From the NCBI RefSeq assembly GCF_006345805.1, contig NC_043004.1:24056001-24120000 (forward strand): a stretch of DNA of 64,000 bases. The letters are read 5' to 3'. The notes under the pieces were generated by a model. It made no database searches and was not told the origin of the DNA. It worked only from the letters and a program-made list of their open reading frames with translations. The stretch comes from Octopus sinensis. Lineage: Eukaryota. Shown in pieces: positions 1-14,619 of the stretch; positions within the stretch are counted from its first letter, which is position 1; each line of letters begins with the position of its first letter. The translations under genes and the position numbers were made by a program.

Positions 1-345
1 TTAAAAATAATTTAACATCATTTTTTATTCCATTTTAATGCATAATTTTTCGTGTGTCGATAGCGGCGGAGTTGGCGTCCATGGTCACACCTGCACCTGT
101 TTGCTTCTCCCCCTTCTTCCCTCCCTCGTGAAGCTGTGGGGAAGGGAGTGTAAAGAAATCAACGCCGTAATGCGTTGTCAAGGAGACCAGCGTTCTTTTA
201 GAACAACGACTTCATGGCTTGAAGACACCAAAACAGAAATGGCTAAGAAAGCCCGAATTGGCATCTATAAGGGAAGTAACTCTCTAAAAATGCTTATATA
301 GTTATTTCCCTTACAAACCCGAGCAACGCCGGGCGATACTGCTAG
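1..345 (+). mobile_element. Helitron 3' end (probably non-autonomous; 5' part outside the window)
   Basis: Hairpin CCCG-AGCAACGC-CGGG at 318-333, then CTAG at 342-345 followed by T, the canonical Helitron 3' signature. Upstream 300 bp is GC-richer than the background. The 38..301 ORF is not a recognisable protein. Confidence 0.7.
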
Positions 346-348
346 TAC

Positions 349-387
<39 letters not shown>

Positions 388-585
388 ATGTTATATATAT
401 ACAAATATATACACATATATATATAAACATATATATATATATATACATATATAAATATGTAAAGGCGGTGCTCCAGCATGGCCGCAGTCAAATAACTGAA
501 ACAAGTAAAAGAAAAGAAAGAAAAAAGAAATATATATCTATATATACATATATATGTATATGGCACATATATATATGTCTAGCGC

Positions 586-1064
586 AGATGTGATTCATTA
601 TGATTTCATTAAACTGGCTCATCAATCACAGCCGAAATATACTGCAGACAACTCGGCCAAATGATGTAGAAACTTACAAAATCCAGCCTAGATTAGTCAA
701 CAGATCCACTCCTATTTTATTGCAAGACAAGGCGAAACTACAGGATTTGGATAGGAAGTTCTCCATCATCCACTATTCTGACCTGATTTTGCCCCCACTG
801 ACCACCACTTCTTCCAGAATTTGGCTAACTTTATGATAGGAAAAAAACTTAATTCCGACAATGCTGTAAAACAGGCCTTCCAATATTTTATTGACTATAG
901 ATTGCCAGGCTTTTACAGTTCCGGGCTGGACAAGCTACCGCTGAAATGGCAAAAGTGTATTGACAATATGGGTGCATACTTTGATGAATAAAACTACTCC
1001 TTGTATTTATAAAACATTAGCAAACATTTTCTTCTCTACAAATTTTATAGTTGACGGCCTAATA
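586..1064 (+). mobile_element. mariner (DD34D-type) transposon, 3' half relic with 3' TIR
   Basis: Frameshifted translation VIHYDFIK..SITAEIYCRQL..QPRLVNRSTPILLQDKAK..PTDHHFFQNLANFMIGKKLNSDNAVK..GLDKLPLKWQKCIDNMGAYFDE* matches the mariner catalytic and C-terminal region. Ends in ...TTGACGGCCTAATA, a TIR-like end plus TA. Confidence 0.85.
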
Positions 1065-1183
1065 TATCATACATATTTTCATGCATGCCCAAGGACACGC
1101 ACACATATGGATAGTGAGGAAGATGGATAAATAGACAGATAGGTAGGTAGGTAGGTAGGTAGGTAGGTAGGTAGGTAGGTAGG

Positions 1184-1288
<105 letters not shown>

Positions 1289-1618
1289 GGATAGATAGAT
1301 AGACAGATAGATAATTAAAGAAAAAAAATATGATATGCTACGTCCTCAACAGGGTTACTATGAAAAAGCCTGAAGGCACTTCAGACTTTTAGTTTCCATT
1401 CCCAACCTCAAAACAATGTAGTGGTACTTACATTCTCTTGATATCAACTGACAAGTAAACGCACCTACAAGGGTGCAGTATGAGCGTGTGAGGACAATAC
1501 ACATTTAACATCAGAATTATAACGTTAAACTTTATAAAATTAGTCTTGTTTCACTTACAATGAAAAAAATTCTTATAGTAAGGAGGTTGAAAATTGCACA
1601 CACACACACATACACACA

Positions 1619-1698
<80 letters not shown>

Positions 1699-1733
1699 CA
1701 TATATATACATATATATATACATATATATACAC

Positions 1734-1792
<59 letters not shown>

Positions 1793-2516
1793 TATATACA
1801 CGTATATATACATATATACATATACATATATATATATATACATATATACATATATATATATACATATAGATATATATATACATATAGATATGTATATATA
1901 CATATAGATATATATATATACATATAGATATACATATATACATATATATACATATATACATATATATATATACATATATACATATATATATATACATATA
2001 TATATATACATATATATATATACATATATATATAAATGTATATATATATATTCCTACATGCTCGTACTGCTATTCTATGTGTGTGTGCGTGCGTGTGTGT
2101 GTGCGTGTGTAAAGAGAGAAAGAGATGATGGGTGTATCGTTTAAACAATGCGTATGACGAACGTACGTTAAGGAATTGTAAAGCGAATATATCTTGCTGG
2201 CCTAGCTGATGAGTGACAGATTTTACGTGAACGTGTCTCTTCTCACTTAAATGCCTTGCAGGATCTTGACTATTGGCATTGATTTTTTATAGACGTTTGT
2301 TTCTTAAGAAAACAAATAAAGGAAACTTTCAGTATATAATGATGTCTTTCATGTCGCCATGTTCAAAGATTAAATGGTTAACACGACCAGTCTTAGAAAA
2401 TCAAATTCTATTGCAAAACTGATTACATATGTGTGTGTGTGCATGTTCATCATTGTATATCTGCACCTATTTGTGTATATGTAAAAAGATAAAAGGATTG
2501 ACGTACCGTTATCATT

Positions 2517-2605
<89 letters not shown>

Positions 2606-2855
2606 CTATCTCTGTGTAAACATAAGACAGGCGCAAATGTGAATATTCATAAATAAATAAATATATTTGACTTCCTCTTTCTGGGATAGTGATTTTGTGT
2701 TGATATCTCATTCTCACATTCCATTTTTCAACAAGCTATATTATAATTAAAGATAGAATATATAACTCAATATAACTCACAGCTACATTGTTAACGTAAC
2801 TTTAATTTCACAAATCAATCTTTTCCTGCTTTCATCTATATATTATATATATATA

Positions 2856-2938
<83 letters not shown>

Positions 2939-3831
2939 CACATAGATATATTTATGTGTGTTTGTGTGTGTGTACGTATACATGCGTATATATATGCTTA
3001 CGTATATATATGATTGTAGGTATGTATTTATATACGTGTGTGTGCATGTATGTATATGTTCATATTTGTGTGGTTGTGTATTTTATTTAACTTCGGCTAT
3101 CTTCGTGTCTTACCTACTTTCTACCTAAGTAGCTGTATTGATTGTCTAATAGTTTTAATTCCCCAGAGAAACAGAGATTATGACTCTCGCTTTCGATAAT
3201 TGTATATATCAGTTGCAAGAATTCTTAATACGATATTGATGTCATAGACTATCCTCAAGTTAGTTATCCCGAAAATCTATTTGCTCAGAGTCTATTCAGT
3301 TAGAATGAGTGTTACGAGGGTTTGTGGTTTCCATTAATACACGTATGTTGTCAATACTTTATATGGAAAACTTAACATATATGATATATATAACAATAGA
3401 AACCAAGGAGTTTTGATTAATTGGTACTAGATTTTATGGAAAAATTAAGATATTGTAATAGATTAAATAATGTAACAAGGAGTTTTAATTCATTCGTATT
3501 GCATACGTAAAATGAGACATAATTGTTAGTTTTATCTATTAGTTCAAATTAAGAGGCACCTCCAAAAATTTCAACTAAAAGTAATTAAGAATAGAACTTC
3601 GCATATGATTTTGGTAACAAGGGAAGGCAACGCTGGATATGATTCAGACAATTATTGTTTCTCCTAGCTTCGTGTATAAAATACAATTCTAGGTTGAAAG
3701 CTTGAATGTAATTTAGAGACGAGTTCAGATTATCAATTCTTTAGGAAAGGAAATACAACTAGGTCCATTATAGGAGGTATCTTTGAACAAAATTGTATAA
3801 GATTTATGATAATATGTTGCTGTTGGTGTGT

Positions 3832-4056
3832 CGGCGATCTGGTAGAATCGTTACCATGACGGACAAAATACTTGGCGACCTTTCTTCTGATTTTACATTG
3901 TAAGATCAAATGCCGCCATTGTAGACTTTGTTGACTTTACATTCCATCCTTTCGAAGTCGATAAAATAAGCGTCAATTGAGCACTGAGGGCGATATAATC
4001 GACTTATCTCCTCCCGAAATTGCTGGCCTTGTGACTAAACTTGAAACCAATATGTT
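3832..4056 (+). mobile_element. tRNA-derived SINE, family A (central Deu/Nin-like segment)
   Basis: Head GGTAGAATCGTTA, central TCCATCCTTTCGAAGTCGATAAAATAAG, tail GCTGGCCTTGTG..TTGAAACCAATA. The same layout recurs about 13 times in the window. Confidence 0.75.
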
Positions 4057-5424
4057 ATCTTTAATACAGTTTATTTCTCAGTATCAACAAATATAAGATC
4101 AAAGGTGTTAGAGCTACGAGTTTCATCTCATAGATATTGCCTATTCGGGAATTCCTTATATAATGCACATTTATCAGTTGTTTGTACCGGATATGAGAGC
4201 AATTTTCAGGTTATATATATATTGTCAGAACGAGCAACCACTTAGAGATGCTCACTGCAAGATCATTTATATAATGTATTGCCAAATAACAACCCGAACT
4301 ATTAAGCTACAATTAAAATCCAATAGAAATAATAACAAATAAATTCATTTCTCTACAAGAAATCAACCCATTAGTTAAAACAATTAATATAGATTTGCAA
4401 AACCAACAAAACTTCGGATAAAGTTGAATTGCTTTGTTTAGTAGCAGGTCTTCATATTGTGAGATCAAACTTTTTCAAAGTTGAATTTGTAATTTGTCTC
4501 TTCAGAACTATATAATAAGTTAATTATCAGAAATATATTAACAATTAATCGATTATATCCACCATCAAAGGGTGTAGAATTGTGACAGTAAAATATATAT
4601 TAATTATATTTTAATGTAAGACTGTCATGTGCCTAAAACACTTGTACAGAGCTTCTAATTTACGTACGGAGAAGCTAAATTGACTTCTGTTCAGAACAGA
4701 TGTCATTTTAGCTTCTCATTCACAGATCAATAAAATACGTAGCGACCATGTACTAAGGAGTGCCAAGCTAATTACATTCCTTTCCGGAAGAATCCTTACA
4801 CTATACTTAATCATAGTATGTTTAATCTAGAGAGAAAACATAATCCTAAAGTGATAACTTCTTCCGCCTACATAAATCCTCTCACCAGGTCGAGGTAGCT
4901 CTGAGTAGAAGATACTTCACTAAAATACTGCGTACTTATATCGAAATGAGAGCTATTTCATTATAAAGTGAATCTCTGCACATCACATCTATAACTGCTC
5001 CTCGTTTTTCAATTACACTGCACCGAATTACCAGTATTTCTATAACATAACGTTTTAGTTCCGATCATATACAGGTTGTAAATTCATTACAAAAAGTCTC
5101 GGTTATATGTAAGCTATATAGCGCTTTAGATGTTGTATAAGGCAGCTATATTGTAATACGATGACTGCAAAATATATTGTGTTCAAACAAATTGCTTACA
5201 CCTAAATCATATTTTAACAAATTTAATATCATTACAAATATTATCTGAAAGATATTGAAATGCAATTTGGATACGATAAATATCTATTAATTTTATAGTT
5301 TGATCAAATTACTCGAAAACATATTCAATATGTAGAGCAATTTTTTTCACTGTAAAATTCTGATTGTTCTAATCAAGCCAATTAATACATAAATAATTGA
5401 AATAATACATAAATAATTGAAAAT

Positions 5425-5660
5425 AGGCACATACGTGGCTGTTTGATATGAAGCTTGCTTCCAACCCACATGGTTCCGTGTTCGGTTCCACAGTGTATTA
5501 CCTTGAGCAAGTGTCTTCTACTACAGGCCCGAGACGACCAACACTTTGTAAGTGGATTTCATAGATGTGTGTGTGTGTGTGTGTGTGTTTCTGCGTGTGT
5601 CTGTGTGTGTTTGTGTGTATCTGTGTATCTCTGTTGTACAACCCCTCTGGCCCCCCAGAT
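5425..5660 (+). mobile_element. tRNA-derived CORE-like SINE, family B (OR2-like), 5' portion
   Basis: Head ..CCACATGGTTCCGTGTTCGGTTCCAC, CORE-like CCTTGAGCAAGTGTCTTCTACTAC, internal (TG)n. Homologous to 47375-47770 and 55551-55893. Confidence 0.7.
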
Positions 5661-7809
5661 TAAATTTCATAATTATACCATACATATTAAACCCTAGTTT
5701 GATGGGCAGTTCATAATAACTTTTTTTCAAACTAAAGTTGCTAGCTAGTAATAGATTGACTTTTCAGCTGCTGTTTAGCGTTTGATTACAACGTAATGAT
5801 GTACTTATATATATTCTAAATACTGATACAGTTTGTAGTTCATTCAACAAATACAGGTACAACGCCGTCTTTCTGGACACTAATAGTTCGGATATTTTTA
5901 CAATTCGCCCTAATTTAGGAACAGGAAAAATAAATTCACGCGGTCGCCAGACTAGTTTACAGGCATCTGACACTGAATGTATAAATAAACGTGTATAATT
6001 TATACTAATGTACAGGTATCTATATTTCATGTAATTATTTCACAAAATTTAATCATTTAGGGTGTATGGACCATAGTAATCACCCCTGTTTTGGGAGAAT
6101 CACTAATTCGGTAAGGCTCTGGAAACAAAGGTTCCCGAATATCATTATCGTAACTAAATCAGAGCTTGATGAAAATATATAACATATTAGGAAATAATTC
6201 AATAAAAAATTGTGTATTTGTGCTTGTATGAACCTCCAAATTTGCAGCTCCTAAATATCTGATGATTATAAATTTAAGATGATCCTAAATATATGGTGGC
6301 CCATAATATTCGATGGTCTTAATTAGATGATAGTCCATAATATTTGATGCTCTTTACTGATTAATCATCTTAAATAATTTGCCATCCTTAACCACTGATA
6401 GTCGTCCGTTGCTGATAGCACTAAATAATTAATGGTGCTTAATAATTGAAGTTCCTTAGAAGGTTTCATGCGACAATTGAACAGAATTTGATAATATCTT
6501 TCACTTAACAGAGTAATTATAACAGTTCAATGATTAAAGTAACTTCCATTCATACGCACACACACACACATCACACATGCATACAGACTAATATTTACAC
6601 AAGTACAAAACTATGTTCTTCAAGCACAATCGCATATATAAACAGCCTTCATCCCATACATTCGCAGTTACACCACGTCATACCCCGAAGCATAATATCT
6701 CAAGCGTAACGGCTTCTTATTTAGGCACAAGGCCATAAATTTGGTGGTGGCAGGGGAGTTATTAGATTGAAGAAAAGCAAATTTATCATCGGCAGGAATT
6801 TAATTCGGAACGTAAAGAGCCAGAACAAATCCCGGAATGCCTTTTCCGCTAACATTGTGTTTCTTCCCTCTGTTAGAAACAATAGCCAAATCTCCTTAAA
6901 ATCATACTCCACTGCCTTAATTGAAGCGCTATTATATTTCGGATAGAATATACCCGGAGTAGTCACAGATGGAATGCCTTTGCAGGAGCCTTTTCATCTC
7001 AGGAAATTCAGCACATCAACGGCTGTCAATGTTTTCCGCACATGACTACTTCTGATATTGCTAGTGAGTTTGCTACAGATTGTATTTGCGTGTTCTCTTT
7101 CTGTGTATGCTATCACTGTTGTTAATTTGTCTCAGGTAACATGATCTATTAAAGACACCATGCTTTGTTTTTGTATATGCTGTCTCTAGAACTACATCAG
7201 CTGCTGAGTCTATTTATTTTGAAGATTACTCCGCTGAATTTAAGCAAAAAAGAGAGTCGCTGCAACAAGGGAGTCTGGTCGCTATGCACGCACACACGCA
7301 CGCACACACACACACAGAGTAACACACATGCAGTAAGGCACACACACACATACACACATACTTTAATTTGAAAATAAAATCCTAGAAACAGACAAAATCT
7401 GACATTTGGGTACGAAATAATAGTTATATAAAAGAATTATTTAATAACTGATATGGAACATCTACGAAAATATGCCACAAATTTGGACAGCTGAACTAAG
7501 TGGTTATTACATCTTTCTCGTACAACCCTAGTTTTAACAACTCTGACTTGAACATGCGGCAACATGCGACTGGACATTATCCAGATTTAGCCGAACTCCT
7601 CTCTTTGAAAGGGGCGCCAATTCCGTCCCAGAATTAAATCCCGACTGCCCATGGTACACCTTTTTGCTTGACTGGAGGTAATCAACGTAAAATGAAGAAC
7701 TTTGTTAAAGGATAAAATGCAGTACATGATCTACAGAATGGATCCACAAATTAATGCGTGGAAAATGTAGAACAAAATCTCTCCATATATTTCAAAACTG
7801 TATACAGAT

Positions 7810-8040
7810 GGAGGCGCATGGCTTATTTGGTAGGGTGTTGAACTCATGATGGTGGTTTCGATTACCGGACCGGGCGACGAATTGTGTTTTTTCCTTTCAC
7901 GTTGCTCCAGTTCACTCAGCTAGAAAAAATGAGTAATCCTGCGACGAACCGGTGTTCCGTCAATGTGGGAAATATATACGCCATGGGAATCGGAAAACCG
8001 GCCCTATGAGTCTATATAACTCGGGAAGGAAGTTTACTTT
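7810..8040 (+). mobile_element. tRNA-derived SINE, family C (Meta-like body, tail T2), degraded
   Basis: GGAGGCGCATGGC head, TTTCACGTTGCTCCAGTTCACTCAGCT body, and a tail homologous to 58640-58740. A more decayed minus-strand relative lies at about 7560-7745. Confidence 0.65.
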
Positions 8041-8967
8041 TACTACTATACAGTTGTACTTATTTCTAGCTCCTTTCCAAATCAACTGTTTGCAAAAAGC
8101 CTGCCTTAAAGCAGGACAGCTTTCATCAAGTTACCAATTACACAACTTCAGAATGCACACATACTAACATTTAAAACAAATTTGGAACCCTATATATACA
8201 CAAAGACTAAACTTTGAAGGTGATACACAATATAAATGCTTACAGTGGATAGCAACTAACTGAAACATTCACATCATCTTACGAGAAATATTTACACCCA
8301 CTCAAAATGATAAAATCCATAAAAGGGATATGTTTAAAAGATAAAAGGCCTAATTGTCTTCATTGAATGTACGTTCAGAAAGATTTGTTTTCTGTCTAAA
8401 ATATTGATGTACTTCTCGGCAATTTGTAATATCCATATATTGCACCCCATATTACATCAATTATCATTCACAACTATATTCCATTTTCCACAAAGATCAT
8501 TGATTCCTACGATTTTGCAACAACTTGTATATTATATCAATGATTTACAAGTCAATTTGTCATCAGAAGGGAATAAATAAATATATTGTTTATCGAACAT
8601 TTAAACTGTTTCTGTTAAACCTGAATATGGCATTTTTATATTATCTCCAGTTTCTTACGTAAGTTCTGTACACTATCACATTAGTGGGAATTTTCCTTTG
8701 AAAGAATTGTTGTGTATATGCTTTGGCAGGTGAATTTGTAATGATGAGGATTGGTACTCCTACGTATTTATTTGCATTGAGATAGTCAGGAGCTTAAGAT
8801 ATGTAAACAACAGTACAGAATTTTGAGGAGTTCCTGTTAAAGATTTAGTGTATCTGTCTGATATGTGGAGGGAAATTATGTGCTTATCAGTGAAAAATTA
8901 TCTTCTTAATTTTTGTGAGTTCATTTGAGTTCATATATATTTACACATATGTACACATATATTAGCA

Positions 8968-9008
<41 letters not shown>

Positions 9009-10055
9009 ACATATATATATATGTATATATACATAGAGAGAGAGAGAGAGTAAGGGAGAGAGAGAGAGAGAGATAGATAGATAGATAGAATGATGGATAG
9101 ATAGATATATACATACATACATATATATAGAGAGAGAAAGAAAGAGAAAGGTAAAAAGAAAAGAGAGAGTCTAAAATGTAGAAAAGCATAGACGTTACAG
9201 ATTGTTTATAGCTTAATGAATTCCTACAACCGTTTCGTGGGGAGTACACGTAATTAATTCAATAATCAAGTAAGTTATATAGCTGACCAATAGAAATGAT
9301 TTTTACTAAATTAATTGAAAGCATTTTTTTATTGTAAATCATCAAGAGTACTACAGGCTATGTTAACCATAAGCCATTGCTTTTTAAATCCATTTAAGAG
9401 AGAATCAGATATGTGTGTGTGCAGTTCTGTGAATACACGCACTCATAAAAGTAGGGTATAAAAGTGCCATACTTAGGTTTAACAAAAACAGCTTAAAAGT
9501 TCGATATATCCAGTATATATATATTTACTCACGTCTAATGACAGAAAATAAAAATCTCTGCAAAGTCATTGATATCATATACACTCAAATATATACATAC
9601 ACACACATATACACACACACATAAACACATGCTAACATAATGACATACTTTTAATATATTATATATCATATCATTCTTATGGTATGTATATATGTATACA
9701 TACACATACACACACACCCATATATATATATGTATGTATTTTTTATCTGCAATGATATAAATAGGAGACAATGAAAAATTGTTTTATAAACAGAAAGAGG
9801 AAAAGCAATAGCGATCAAGACGGAATAAGATAATGAAATGACAGAGATAGTCAATGACGGAAATATATATAAAACCATTGCCTGCAACAATAGGTCTAGT
9901 TAGCGTTTGTAATAGAATCGCATTAGTAAGCTGTTCAGAATACGCAATTATAAAAGTGACGAACTGATGATATGTGTCTTCTAAATGCTCCTCGTATTAT
10001 TTCCAATTTTCCATATATTTCGACTATGTATATATATATATATATATATTGTATA

Positions 10056-11223
10056 AGTGTATATGGGTAACTTGTCGCAATTTGATATTTCTATTTCGCG
10101 CATGCATAGTCTTTGTTTTTGATTTTGTCGTATAGTGGGGTTAGTTGGGCACCGTCTGCGAAAAAAACAGCACGATGATGCAACTTTGCCAGAAATTTGG
10201 AAACAAGCTGTACTGCTGGGCATTTGCGCTGGAAGCTCCAATACGAACATTTCTGAGATTTTTGGTGTCAGTCTGAGAACAGTACAGAGGATCCGGAAAG
10301 AGTTTGATGAATCTAATGGTAATTACGAAACCTCACCGTCATCGTTCTGATAAGAAAAGAACTCCTGAATTTGTTGGTGAGATCCAGGGCATGATTGACA
10401 ATCAGGTCCATCCAAATCAATCACGTCTATCGCCAGGAACATGGGAGTGTCTGAGTTTCTAATATGGCAGGTAGTGCATGGAGACATTCGGTATATTCCA
10501 TATTCAAGATGAGAAAGGGCAAATTTTTATCCCAAGCCATCAAGGACAACAGGAGAGACCGCGCTTCGGAGCTTTTGAACAAACTCCAGCATCCCCTCCA
10601 ACCAAATATTTTGTGGTTTTCCTCAGACGAGAAACACAGAACAACCATTGGCTTTCGGTGTCCCCAATGCAATTACCGAGAGTAATAAATATCAAACATC
10701 CAATCAACATCATGATGTTTGGAGTGATCACTAGTGATGGTGACGTTATGCCTCCATTTATCTTCCCACGCGCTCTCAGACTCAACACGGAGGCCTACAT
10801 CAAGTGTCTGGAGGAGGCTACTGGAAGACCTTATGTCTGGCAACGGGACTCTGCACCATGCCACACAAGCAGGAGAACTCAGTCATGGCTGTCAGACAAT
10901 TACTGCGACCACATCACCCTTAACATCTGCCCACCTAACTCCCCAGACTGCAACTCCCTTGATTATTATGTGAGGGACGCAGTGGAGCGAGAGACCAAAT
11001 TGCTTGTAACATCAAAGACTAACTGAAGGCAAGATTTATGGCAGCATTCACCAACTTAAACACGTAGATCGTCCAGAAGAGATGCAAGAGATTCTGAAGT
11101 CTTCTGAAGGCCGTATTTCAAGATATTTTTATGCGCCTTTGGTAAATATATCTGTGAAAATGAGATGTCAATGTCATTTTCATTTTTGCATAATTTAGAC
11201 GACCATTTATTCAACGGACACTG
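10056..11223 (+). mobile_element. Tc1/mariner transposon, maT-like (DD37D), near full length, pseudogenised
   Basis: HTH region LPEIWKQAVLLGICAG..ISEIFGVSLRTVQRIRKEF, then WFSSDEK, VITSDGDVMPPFIF and WQRDSAPCHTSRRTQSWLSDNYCDHITLNICPPNSPDCNSLDYY, with 37 residues between the 2nd and 3rd D. Imperfect terminal inverted repeats at about 10056-10082 and 11192-11223. Several frameshifts. Confidence 0.9.
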
Positions 11224-11303
11224 TGTGTGTATATGTGTGTGCGTGTCTGTATGTGTGTATATGTACGTTTATAAAAAAAATATATTTACACTTATATAAT
11301 ATG

Positions 11304-11343
<40 letters not shown>

Positions 11344-11972
11344 ACGACCTCGAACCCACAAGTGTAAACAAGAGAGACAAAGAAAGGCAGAAACAAGGAA
11401 AATGCCACTTATATTTGAACACTATACACATATTATTTAAAAAAAACTTTTCTTTTAATTTTTCTAAATTTCATTATTTAATCGTTACAGTTTAAAAGGT
11501 CTCAAATGACTGAAACCGGTACTGAGATGTTCTTTATAAAATTATTTTAGCATTTTCTATCTTGACTTGTTTTTTCATATATATATATATATAAATATAT
11601 ATATATATACTTATCGTGGTGTATACTTTAGCATTTATCTTCTACCTCTTACATCTCTTAGTCTTTGGTCACGGTCTTACTGGGGCACCGCTTTTGAAGG
11701 GTCTTAATGGAAAGGATACAGCCCCGTATTGATTTATTTTTAAACCATGGTATTGATTCCGGAGTTCTCTCTTGGTTAACAGTTAAGTTGAAGCGATATG
11801 CACAAGCCAACAGCAGTTATCAAGTGGTGATTGGGGAAAAGCACAAACACACACACACACATAAAATATATATACTTATATACACTTATATATATATATA
11901 CGTATATATATATATATATATGTACGTATATGTATATATATGTACGTATATATATATATATATACGTATATA

Positions 11973-12047
<75 letters not shown>

Positions 12048-12204
12048 GCACGTGTACATACATTCAGATGTGTGTATGCGTGCGTGCGTACTTGCGTGCG
12101 TGTGTGCGTGTACCAGTCGATAAATATACGGAATTACATAAGGAGAGAACCTTGCAGTTCGGCATATCTTGATAATATTTCAAATGTTTATAAAAATAAT
12201 GCTT

Positions 12205-12410
12205 TCTGATATAGGTAAAGGCCTGGAATTTATCGATATTGGGTAGTCGGTTGTCTCAATCCCAGTATTTGACCGGTACTTATTTTATCGACTGCGAAAG
12301 GAAGAAAGACAAACTCATCTTCGGTGGCGTTAGAAATCGGAATAGAAATCCCGAAGAAATACCGCTAAGTGTTTTGTCCGGCGTGCTACCATTTCTACCA
12401 TCTTGTTGCC
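12205..12410 (-). mobile_element. SINE family A copy
   Basis: Reverse complement of the family A head and central segment (GGTACTTATTTTATCGAC..GAAAGGAAGAAAG on +). Confidence 0.7.
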
Positions 12411-14230
12411 TTCTAGTTATGACTATAATACAGGAAGAAGCGACTGGTTTTATTATGTAGTGTGATTATATGAATATGAATATGTCATTCACGTGCGGCT
12501 CTATGTAGTAATTTGACCTGTTAGTAAAAGCAGCTTTCAAATCACACTTCACAGTCTTCAAAACTGGAAGAACACATTGGCTAAATAATTCTCTGATATA
12601 CATAATATATATTGATTATATATCAAGCACCATTGAATTTAGAGTCGGTCGATCAACGTGACCTAGGAACAAATAATACCCGGAAAATAAATTGTGTACA
12701 GCTGATTTATATAGATACATTAAGAATATTTAGAAGGGAACATAGAAGACGCTGTAAGTTAATTCGCACCTCCTGAGTATATTTATCATCAGTGTAAGCA
12801 TCATCGCTATATGATAATAAATATAGCAGTCAGTTTATGTTCTCACTCTCTCTCTCTCTTTCTTTCTCTCTCTCCCTCTCCCCCTCTCTTTCTCTCTCTC
12901 TCTCACTCTCCCGGCAGTGAGAGGCACGTGTATGAATTCTCTATGGATGTGTCTTAGAAATGTTATTTCTTTCATTTTGTTGAAATTTAATTTCCAGAAG
13001 GAAAACCATAGATTTAGCAATTTCTTTTAGTCGGAATTTAATGTTTATTTTCGTTCGTTTTCACGCCATATTTTTTCTCACCATACAACCACAAATAAAG
13101 CGTTATGGAACCAAATGAAAATAAAACAATACAAAAATTGTACTTTTAAAATAAATAAAGACTTAATATCAATATAGTTTTTGGAGTTATTAATAAACAA
13201 TTGTTTTAACTGTAATCACCAAATAAACATGAAAAATCATAGGACTGGCAATCAGCTTTTAGGCTATTCAATCATAGCAGAAATATTGTTTGTTTGATGA
13301 TTTCTTTAACGCCTGCGATTTCTTAAAGCAGTTACATATAATTTATCTCTTTGGAGATTTACTCAACGGAAGGTAAATGTCAGCAGGAGAAATTTGTTAC
13401 ATTTCATATGATTTCCCGCAAGAGCATCCTTAGAAGGAATAAAATATCGGAAAGAGAGAGAAAAGAGAGCTAATCAATTGACTGAATATAAGTTTTGAAA
13501 GGCAACATAAAGAAGAAAAATTAGATATTGAACGAAAATACTAAAAACCAATTTTTTACTATAGAAAATTCCCCAAGTGGACATTTGTTTTGCATTAAAC
13601 TTCCCCATGAAAAATTCTATTATCAAACGAATAAAAAGTTAATTCACTACTGAAAGATTATTTATTTTTAACACCCTACTCTACAATAACACGGATCATA
13701 CTCTTTGTTTGAAGAGTTTTACAATATTTTAGTAATTTTAAGAATACTTTGTCTTGAAAAAATTCTTATAACTTTTAGAGAATTGCAAGGAATAATAAGA
13801 TATTTTTTTCTGAAGAACTCTATGACTAACCATCATGGCATTGATGATTAGCTTTCTGCATCATTCTCAATAAAATTGTGTATTTTGCAATTAATATTTG
13901 ATTACGTATGTTATATGCGTGTGCGTGTGTGTGTGCGTGTGTGTGTGCGTGTGTGTGTGTGTGTGTGGATGTGTGTGGATACACACACGCACACACATCC
14001 ACATACACACACAGATATATATTATTTTTTGCTGGAATTTTATTGAAAACATCTTGTAATTTGATCTCATCATTACAAATTGACAAAAGAGTGACTCATA
14101 ATTCAATTATGAATGTACTATACAATCGTAATATGCATCTCTTTGCGATTTCAAGGTTGGAATAGTCCATTGAGATTTACGTCAATGAGAAAACACTAGT
14201 AAATAATCTGTTTTTGCCAACGTTCATATA

Positions 14231-14455
14231 TAATGGTTTCAATCTTTTGGCACAAGGTCAGTAACTTCAAGGAAGACGTCAAGTGATTACATCGTCCCCA
14301 ATGTTTAACTGTTACATATTTTATCGACACCGAAAGAATAAATAAAAGACAAAGTCGACTTCGACAGAATTTGAGCCCAGAACGTAAAGAATTGCACGAA
14401 ATGCCATCAAGCATTACATGCGACCCACTAACGCTATTACCTGCTCGCCGGCTTA
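14231..14455 (-). mobile_element. SINE family A copy
   Basis: TTTTGGCACAAGG..ATTTTATCGACACCGAAAGAATAAATAAAAGACAAAGTCGAC..GCTCGCC on +. Confidence 0.7.
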
Positions 14456-14619
14456 GCCTCCCTCTCTCTCTCTCTCTGTATATATATACATTAGGTTTCG
14501 ATCTTTTTGGCAGTAAACAATTTCCTATATTAAAAGTCGATGAAGAATCACATAAATATGGAAAATATTCTTTTATTCTAAGTTTATTTTTACAAAAACT
14601 TTATATGTTCATACCATAG

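Noticed and set aside
5800-6090. Possible Tc1/rosa N-terminal relic with a TIR-like ATCACCCCTG
   Set aside because: Only fragmentary similarity (QVQRR, GTG..RGR) and no matching 5' TIR found.
7079-7135. Possible 57-bp plus-strand exon (IVFACSLSVYAITVVNLSQ) between AG and GTAAC
   Set aside because: Weak acceptor, no recognisable protein and no partner exons; such patterns arise by chance in 64 kb.
11488-11524. Hammerhead-like GGTC-TCAAAT-GACT-GAAA-CCGGTA before a (TA)n tract
   Set aside because: The core reads TTTAAAA (3 of 7 positions wrong), stem I is only 3 bp, and TCAAATGACTGAAAC also matches the family B SINE tail.
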